DNA of 64,000 bases, from contig OZ024742.1 in the NCBI GenBank assembly GCA_964016885.1, positions 182,652,001 to 182,716,000 of the forward strand, read 5' to 3'. Below are positions 55,944 through 64,000 of the stretch, in pieces. A model generated the notes under the pieces. That model ran no database searches. It was not told where the DNA came from and saw nothing but the letters and a program-made list of their open reading frames with translations. The translations under genes were made by a program, and so were the position numbers. The stretch's first letter is position 1, and every line of letters begins with the position of its first letter. The stretch comes from Eledone cirrhosa. Its lineage: Eukaryota.

Positions 55944-56055
55944 ATGTACCGCTCTGGCCGGCTTAAAATCTCTGAGATTAATCCCCATCTAACGTGCATA
56001 CTATGTGGCGGATATTACATCGATGCCACGACAATTATAGAATGTTTGCATTCCT
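55944..56055 (+). CDS. BMI1: First RING-encoding coding exon of Polycomb group RING finger protein (BMI1/PCGF2/4/Psc-like)
   Basis: Polypyrimidine tract plus ttcag acceptor ending 55935, ATG at 55944, translation [37 protein letters not shown](F), gtaagt donor at 56056. Closely matches the BMI1 N-terminus [38 protein letters not shown]. 112 coding nt and a phase-1 intron, as recalled for vertebrate BMI1. Downstream exons were not found in the window. Confidence 0.95.
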
Positions 56056-56133
56056 GTAAGTACTAACAGTTTATATTATTTACACCTGGCCTTGTGCTTA
56101 TATAAGAAACCATTATTTCCAACTGAACTTTAA

Positions 56134-56350
56134 GGCGATGGATTGGCAAAATCGTTAGAGAGTCGGACAAATATTTCGCAGTGTTTGTTCTGGTTCTTTA
56201 CGTTCTGATTTCAAATTCCATCAAGGACAACGTTGCCTTTAATCCTTCCAAAATCGATAAAATAAAGTACCAGTTAAATACTGGGGTCGATATAATCGAC
56301 TTCCTCTTCTTCTAAATCACTGGCCTTGTGCCAAAATTTGAATTCATTAT
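56134..56350 (+). mobile_element. Older long-variant SINE in the BMI1-like intron
   Basis: Consensus match. Confidence 0.8.
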
Positions 56351-57129
56351 CGATATGCAATGTATGTATGTATGTATGCATTTATGTATATATGTATGTA
56401 TTCTCATTCGTGCCGTCGTCGACTGTCCCAGTTGGTGCAATCAACGGAACAGTTTCCTCCTGGAATTAACGTCGAAGCAGGTGAGCATTCCACAAACGTC
56501 GTCAAGGAAATTTTCCACGGCACAGTGCTCTATAAAGCTGGCTCTTTGAATTGCAACTGTAACTAATGTTAACCAACTGAGTTGACGGGAAAAACCACCA
56601 GGTATAAAGTGTTTTGCTCAAAGAAGCCTTTTGAATTTATTAACGTTGCTGTGTCTGACATGTTATAAATTTTGTCAGATCTGGTTGGGAAAGTGGAGGA
56701 CTGGAATTTGAGAGCTTATCTCTAGATTCTTCCCAAAATCCACCCACCCACACACCCCACACCCCTTGACTCAATATATTTTTTTGTAAATGATTTCACT
56801 TGTGATAGATTTGGGATGTGGTCTACATCTATTATTTCCCATTGTACTCCCTCTTTTGCTAATTCATCTGCTTTCTTATTTCCTCTAATATATGTTATCT
56901 ACTAAATCAATGAGAGGTAGTTATCTATTCTTAGTAAAAAAAGCTTCAATATCTCTAACTCGACCCCTTTTTCTTGATTGAAATATTACTAGATTTGATA
57001 AACTATCGGTAAATCGAAATATTTTCCCCATGTTATTTCTTTAGCTGAATCTATGAATAAATTAATTACCTACCACTCGGTGTCAAAAATTGTGAAATTG
57101 CGATGTAATCTGAAGCTCATATCTCTATT

Positions 57130-59800
57130 GTTTTTTTAAGGACTCTACACCCAACTCCCTTGTTTAAATGTACCCCATCTGTGTAACTGACACACTAAAA
57201 CTGATTGACTAATAATACTATGTGATTTTTTGCTTCCTCTTTTGACCTTTTAATCATTATTTTATACAATTTTAATTTTTCTACCCATGGAAGAAGCCAA
57301 ATATCATGCTGTTTTCTTTTGCATTTAAACTGAGCAGTTGGCAGTTTATGTTTCCTAGACCCTTCTATCAACAAGTCAGTAGGATTTAACCATGCTTCGC
57401 GAAAAATAGCTATCGTGAGAGTTAATCTTAGATATCCCAATATAGTTTTGCCAATTTGGGTACGAAATTTATCGATAGCTTGAAGAAAGCTAATGCTTGT
57501 GTCCCCACAAACCCAGCTGCCATACAAAAGCTGAGTGTTGGTGACTCCCTGTGTATGACTTATACAATCTCGAGTGTTTCTATGTTAGTCAGTGGACTTT
57601 CTTTGAAATAACTTTAATAACATGTCATATTGAGGTCATTCTTTCAGTGAGTCCTTGAGATGAGTTTCCCATTTTAAGTCAGATTGTAACTAAATACTAA
57701 GGATCCTTATGGATTTTTGCAGTATCAATAATTTATTCATTAAGTATATTCCATCACATTGATAATTAATAAGTTCAGGATTATGGAAGGTGATAAATTG
57801 TGTTTTAGAGGGGGATCAAATTGTTGAGCATTTACTTTTTCCCATTCAATTGAAGTTGATAGGGTTGTACATAATTTGGTTTTATTTCAAGGGGACGGTA
57901 ACAGGCCAGACAGCATGACAATCTTCCCGTTCCGCGGGGGTAGGCCCCTCATCTGGGATGTTACATGTTGCGTCACCTTCTCTAGTGGCAACATAGTGCG
58001 TTCGGCTACGAGGCCAGGCTCTGCTGCTCGCTCACTGATAGGTTTGTGGAAGAGACTGTAGCAGTGGAGACTTCTGGTGTCCTTGGCTCTAGGACCACCT
58101 CCCTACTTACCACCATCAGCATGGAGTTGGTTACCCGTGGGTGTGGGCCCCACGAGGTAGAATGGCTGTTCCAATGCGTCTCCCTCGTCGTTCTCCGGAG
58201 CAATGCATTCTCCATCCTGTCGGTGGGGCCCCAGAGGTGGAGGATAAGTCAGTTGGCGGTGGATGATACTCGTTCGGATATCCCATATTTATATAAACTT
58301 CATATGAAAATTGATAGTTTGTTCTTCTACTCTATCAGTTGCTCTGACATATCTTAAACATTAATGCAAGCATTCAAAATTCAGTTAATGAGTGTTCTAT
58401 CCAACCATATGCCTTTAACATCTCAGCTACTCTCCCCGATGGACCTGCTGCTTTGCTTGTCTTCATATCCTTTATTTTTGTTGATAATACTAAGTGAAGT
58501 ATATAATTTGATATTATCTGCAAAACCTGATACTTCCATGATTTTATTTAGAGATGTAAATAGGTCCATTGCGTAATGTAGAATGGGAATGAGTAAGGCT
58601 GGAGAACCCTGTGGGAGGCCCTTTAGAAGGTAAATAATTTTGCTTTTCTCGTTTCCAAAAATCAGTCTTGTACTACGATTAAGGAGAATGCTTTCAACCC
58701 AGTTGCAAAGATAGTTGGGCATTTCAAATAGGTGTGGTTTTTGTAACTAGAGTGTCATGAATTACCTATCATGAGCTCCCTTTATGTTAACTGAGATGAA
58801 ACTGGTTGACTTTTTTCAGGAGATTTGAGTTCCTGATGAATGAGGTTATTTCATCTACACAATTCTCAGTGTTTCTTTTCATTCGAAATCCGAACTGAGA
58901 TTTGGTGGGAAATGTCCATTGTCTCTCCTAAGTAAGATAATGTATTACCTATAATTTCTTCTAACATTTTAGATAGATTACTTAGCAGAGCTATTAGACG
59001 ATATGATCTGATAGAGTGATAGTTGGCCTTATTTGGTTTAGGTATTACTAACATATGGGTAAATATATCTGGATGATGGTGAAATTTAATTATACTATTA
59101 AGTTCAGTACTATTACTTGTATTACACTCCGTTTTTCTTTTATGATTAAATTAGATATTCTATCTGGACCTGTGGCTTTTAAACCGCCCTTAACTGCTAG
59201 TAGCTCTTGTTCAATAACAGGATAACAGAAGGGAAGTCTACATTTGGAATGAGAGTGGTGGGAGCTTTGTAATTAGTACTGGGTGCTGTAAATGAAAAGT
59301 TTTTGAAGAAAGGTTCTGCAAAATAGCGATGGAAGTTTGGAAGTGCCTGATATTACGTCACTATTGTGATGATGTATTAATAGCTATGGACTTGCTTCCG
59401 AGTGAGTGGGTTGATCATTAAGTTGTATATGCTCCATATATCAACCAAGGACTCCAGATTACCTCTGCTACATCAGAAATCATTTTGGGCTTTTTTTTTT
59501 TTGCCTTTTCAACTTTTTTTTAACCCTTTATAATTTTCATAATTGGTCTCTGTTGAATGGTATTTCCATTTTTTAAGTGTCAATTCTGTTTAAGTCATTT
59601 ACTTCTTCACCATGTCTTATTGTAGTTGTTAACTTTATTATTGTTATTTTTATTCATATTGTCATAAGTAAAATGTACTTTCTCAGTGATTGTATATTGT
59701 ATTTTGTCGACAAATGATTGTAGACTTGTTTTAGTGTTTCAGCTGATTGGATATTGTACAATTTGTTGTGGGTGATAGATCTGCTTCTAAATAATTAATA
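57130..59800 (-). mobile_element. Degraded I/R1-group LINE (RT remnants)
   Basis: VIPKPNKANYHSIRSYRLIALLSNLSKMLEEII, LCNWVESILLNRS..KGLPQGSP..GFADNIKLY; many stops and frameshifts. Confidence 0.8.
57878..58250 (+). mobile_element. CRE-clade-like retrotransposon RLE-endonuclease fragment nested in the LINE
   Basis: GDGNRPDSMTIFPFRGGRPLIWDVTC, VAVETSGVLG and WLFQCVSLVVLRSNAFSIL follow the RPD..WDVT..AVETxG..QRxSxAxxRGNA pattern; GC-rich relative to the host element. Confidence 0.8.
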
Positions 59801-60060
59801 AACTTTGTCCAGTCTTGTGAAATTGATATTTTCTTACTTTAGGCTTTAAATAACTGTATGTATGTATGTAAGTATGTATGTATGTATGCATGTATGCATG
59901 CATGCATGTATGTCTGTATGTATGTATGCATGCATGTATGTATGTGTCTGTGTGTATTTATGTATGTATGTATGTATGTATGTATGTATGTATGTATGTA
60001 TGTATGTATGTATGCATGCATGTATGTATGTGTCTGTGTGTATTTATGTATGTATGTATG

Positions 60061-60391
60061 TTCTTGTTTTATAATTTTATAAATGTTTACCAATAGAGAG
60101 TCGGTTTTAACACAGACACAATACTCGTTCATTGGAATATAGTCAACATCAACTAGATAGAGTGAATGTATGTCTTCTTGCGTGCGTGTGTATGTAGGTA
60201 TGGATGTTATTGTAAGTGTGGATAAGTGTGTTTTGAGTTGTATGTCTCCATCTGCTTATGCTTTGTATCTGTAGATGTGTACATGCAATTATTACATGCA
60301 GAATCTTTGGAATGTTTTACATATTTTTACTGTTCCATTAATGGATTGTACTTGTAATTTCCTAACTAGTCGCGTTCTTTCTGGTTCTGAA
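60061..60391 (-). mobile_element. 3' end of the R4/Dong-like family, in (TATG)n
   Basis: Homologous to 16964-17290. Confidence 0.85.
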
Positions 60392-60417
60392 ATGTATGTA
60401 TGTATGTGGGTATGTAT

Positions 60418-60630
60418 GCGGCTCAGTAGTTACCGATGATGTTGATATTTTCTTCTTTTCGGGTTATAGCTACTGTCGCTCAGAGAGTGGGATTGGCTCA
60501 GTGCACAGTTTTTCTTCAATTAAAAAAATATCTTCACGCACAGGCATTGCACGATAGAATTAATTAATATTTATTAATAATGGTTTATCGTGCAATGGCC
60601 ATACTCGATAACGAAGGGGCAGCCATCATG
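60418..60630 (+). mobile_element. RTE-derived bipartite element (copy D, 5'-truncated)
   Basis: Near-identical to 16730-16941. Confidence 0.75.
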
Positions 60631-62499
60631 TATGCATGTATGTATGTATGTGGGTATGTATATATATATGTATATATGTATGTATGTATGCATGTTGGTA
60701 TGCATGTATGTACGTACGTGTGTTGGTATCTGTAAATCAGAGCGTTCGCCTTGTCACAGACGATGTCAGGCTGATTTTGACTGAGAATTACGTTGAGGAT
60801 ATAGGTTTCTATGTAATATTCCGCCACATACACTATAAATGAATGAAGTTCACTTGATTGAATATTTGAACACATAGTGTTGAAACCAGTGGAGATATAT
60901 TTACGTAATATGTACGTGTGAGTGTTTCTTTTCGCTTAATTATTTTGATATTTCCTGTAAAGCAGAAGCTGGTTTCTTATAAATGATTAAGGCTCCAACG
61001 TTGCAACTTGGGTAACAAAGCGTTTGAGTGTCACGTACTGAATTTTAGAAAAGTCTCGGATATATATACTATTCCAGTTACAAATTCTATTTGTGAGCTC
61101 GTTATTATCACTTGGGCATTTTCTAAAAGGTGCATCTATAACTATAGTAATAAATGTGAATTTAAAATCTGCATAGTGAATCTTTCACATCAACAGAGTA
61201 TCTAACCTCTATGATAGTACATAAATTGATTTCTGTCCCAAACAACTATATCAAGCCTGTGGCATTTGCACTTTGCGGCTATTTTGTTGGGAATATTCCA
61301 CCAATATTTCTAATGTGGATAAATACGTATACGTTCAATAAAAAAGGGATTCTCTATATATATATATCCTAGGACAGTCTGACTAATGCCTTTCTCCATC
61401 CATCCTTTCTTCTTAGGAAGAAATCCAGTTGTTTCTGGTACAGTTTGTAATTGATAGCTGGTTCATGCGGGTTTTAGTATCTATGGAACGGATTTCCTCA
61501 ATAGATCAGTCAAGGAGCCTATATGCTGGTATCAGTACTGGAACTGGAAATATATTGTGGAATATTGTCTTGTTGTAAAAGGAATGCTTTAATTGCAATA
61601 TATGTTGATATCATGTATGATATTCTTTGGTTACCTTTTGTATACAGTACCTTTCGCGTGTTATTTGTAAAATTCATCAACACTACGATAGTTTTAACAT
61701 TATATATATATATATATTATTTATATTTAATTATTGTGGCTTCCTTGGCGAGCATCAATTCTATCATATATTGTTCGGTATGAGTTGGGTACAGGGATAC
61801 AAGTATTTAATGTGTGACCAGGGATTATCTAGTATGCTTCAAACCTAAGGGCCCCTACTAACTGCGGGGCCTCTCAGGGCCTTCAGGCCAGTCACTTTTT
61901 TTATTTTCTGAGGCAGCATTACCTAATGGAAGTGTTAGAGGGGTAAAGGACAGAAATAATTGAAAGCTTAAGGAGCCGATCATGGGTTAATACACACACA
62001 TGATGACAATATCTCGTTCTCTGGAACTGAAAATCTTGGATCCAAGAGATCGCCCAGAGAGCCATAACAACTTCTTGTACATGAGGGTGCTCCAACTGTG
62101 GTTGTTGTTAAGCTCAGTTGAGACAGGGTGTGTGATATAGACACATGCAGAGTACACACACACACACACATACAGACACATACACACACATACACACACA
62201 AACACCATATATATATATATATATATATATTATTCAGTTGATGAAAGTTGGTTGATCATATAATCCGCGGACTTTTTCGTAAACAGACGTAAAGCACTCA
62301 ACGATTTGTATTCCTTAGGATTTTCTCGGTTAGGTATCGAGCGGAGTTTTAATATAATATATAATAGAAACGGTTTTATTTGTACAACTTCATTTTATTA
62401 TATCATTCTATTATAAGTGTATATATATATATATATTTATATATATAAAGACAGCTTTCGATCACGAATGACCATGGGTTTTGCACCAAGAAAGTTCCC

Positions 62500-62720
62500 C
62501 TCCAGCATCCCTCTCTTGACACCGCTAATGTTGTCCAAGAGAAAGGCAAAGGCCAATGCAGCTTAGCACCAATGACGGTGAAACACATTTCTACAGCTGA
62601 GTGAACTGGTGCTACGTGAACTACGTTGTTATGCGTTTCGTTAACTTCAGAAAGAGACTGTTTCTTTAATGAAAAACTGGAACACTCATTGTGGAAATCG
62701 ACTGAGGTCCAACACATACA
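62500..62720 (-). mobile_element. Degenerate SINE (third family)
   Basis: cagctgagtgaactgg..acgtgaa block shared with the 25590 SINE, but a different 3' part. Confidence 0.55.
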
Positions 62721-63577
62721 CTTTTGTCTCTATGTATCACTTCGGGTGTATTAAATACGAATTCTAATTGTATTGTGTACTAAATTAGTTATGCTGGCTG
62801 TCTTCGCATCACTTCCACGTGAATTTGCCGATATATCCAGATGCAATGCAACGCAAGTTGACCTTAACTCCTAATTGAGTCGTATGGGTGTCGTCGGGAC
62901 ATTCAGCATGACTTGTGCATTTAAATCTGATGGAGCTCATCCCTCTCCAGATCAGATTTAGTCGATTTCTTACAGAAAAATAGAGAGCAGTAGGGAAGTA
63001 AGAAGGAGATATACGGGAAGAATAAACCCTGGTACTGGACTGCTGCTCTATTTATCGAACTCAACTGGATGAAAGGCAAAGTTGAGCTCAGTGGGATTTG
63101 AAACCCATAGTGCTGAACCGGAACAAATACTCTAAACATTCTATCCGACGGTCTAACAACTGTACCACTTCGACATTTTACATATGAAGATATATATTAT
63201 ATCGACATACTAACAGAGATATCATATATTTCATCACATTCATATATCAAATAGATATATGACAGACATTAAGTCTGTTGTTTTCAATCTATATCGACTG
63301 TGCAGCAATCGGAAATACGTTGTACAACTGTCGTCTTATATTCAAAATAAAGTGTACTATTGATCATCAACAGTATGATATACAGTATGATATATGTAGT
63401 AATATTAATGTCTATCTGTGGGGGAAGTTTAACGATGGAAAGGTGCAGGGAGAAATCACTGTGAGATAGGATACGTTCTTAACTCGGTTGATAAACAGTC
63501 CTTTTTACTGTTGTTCATAGTGTTGTTGTTGCTACTGCTGTTGTCGTTGTTGCTGTTGTTATTATTATTGTTATTAT

Positions 63578-63960
63578 TGGTGGATTGGCAGTTTCGGTAG
63601 AGAGTCGGACGCCATGCTTTCCAGCATAGTTACGTCCCTTTACAGTCTGAGTTCAAATCCAGCCGAGGTTAACTTTGCCTTTCATCCTTACGGGGTCGAT
63701 AAAATAAAGTACCAGTAATACACTGGGTAATTGCTGGCCTTGTGCCAAAAGTAGAAACAATTATTATTATTGTTGTTGGCAGTATTGGTAGAGCGTCGGA
63801 CACCATGCTTTGCAGCACAGAGTTATGGCCCTTCACGTTCTGAGTTCAAATCCCTCCGAAGTTAGCTTTGTCTTTCATCCTTTCGGGGTCGATAAAATAA
63901 AGTACAAGTAATGCACTGTGATAATTGCTGGCCTTGTGCCAAAAGTAGGAACAATTATTA
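63578..63960 (+). mobile_element. Two tandem SINE copies in (GTT)n/(ATT)n
   Basis: Consensus matches at ~63578-63765 and ~63776-63960. Confidence 0.9.
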
Positions 63961-64000
63961 TTATTATTATTGTTGTTGTTGCTGTTACTATTTTTGTTGT

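Noticed and set aside
56056-64000. Second coding exon of the BMI1-like gene
   Set aside because: No FCxxCI..YCPxC-encoding segment behind an acceptor was found by eye; the candidate at ~61443 hits a stop at once.

Overview
AT-rich, microsatellite-dense eukaryotic DNA, mostly intronic or intergenic. The SINE families and (CA)n/(TA)n/(CATA)n load suggest a cephalopod (Octopus-like) genome; this is an inference. The only convincing host coding sequence is the first RING-encoding exon of a Polycomb PRC1 gene of the BMI1/PCGF2/4/Psc type (+ strand, 55936-56055), which the ORF track misses. A candidate upstream first exon/promoter at about 43.9 kb would splice to it in frame. The rest is transposon debris: over 20 copies of a ~185 bp tRNA-derived SINE (many with TSDs), other SINEs, RTE, R4/Dong, CRE, I/R1-like and CR1-like LINE fragments, and hAT and mariner-like MITEs. 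Most notable: (i) short Penelope-like elements in (TA)n tracts that carry hammerhead-ribozyme-like cores and form fold-back palindromes; (ii) two R4/Dong-like families that sit with fixed polarity in (CATA)n; (iii) a bipartite RTE-derived non-autonomous family, one copy keeping a C2H2 finger mini-ORF; (iv) an ATTAT target preference of the young SINE. Nearly all ORF-track entries are microsatellite artefacts. All calls were made by eye, and family names come from recalled motifs, not database searches.
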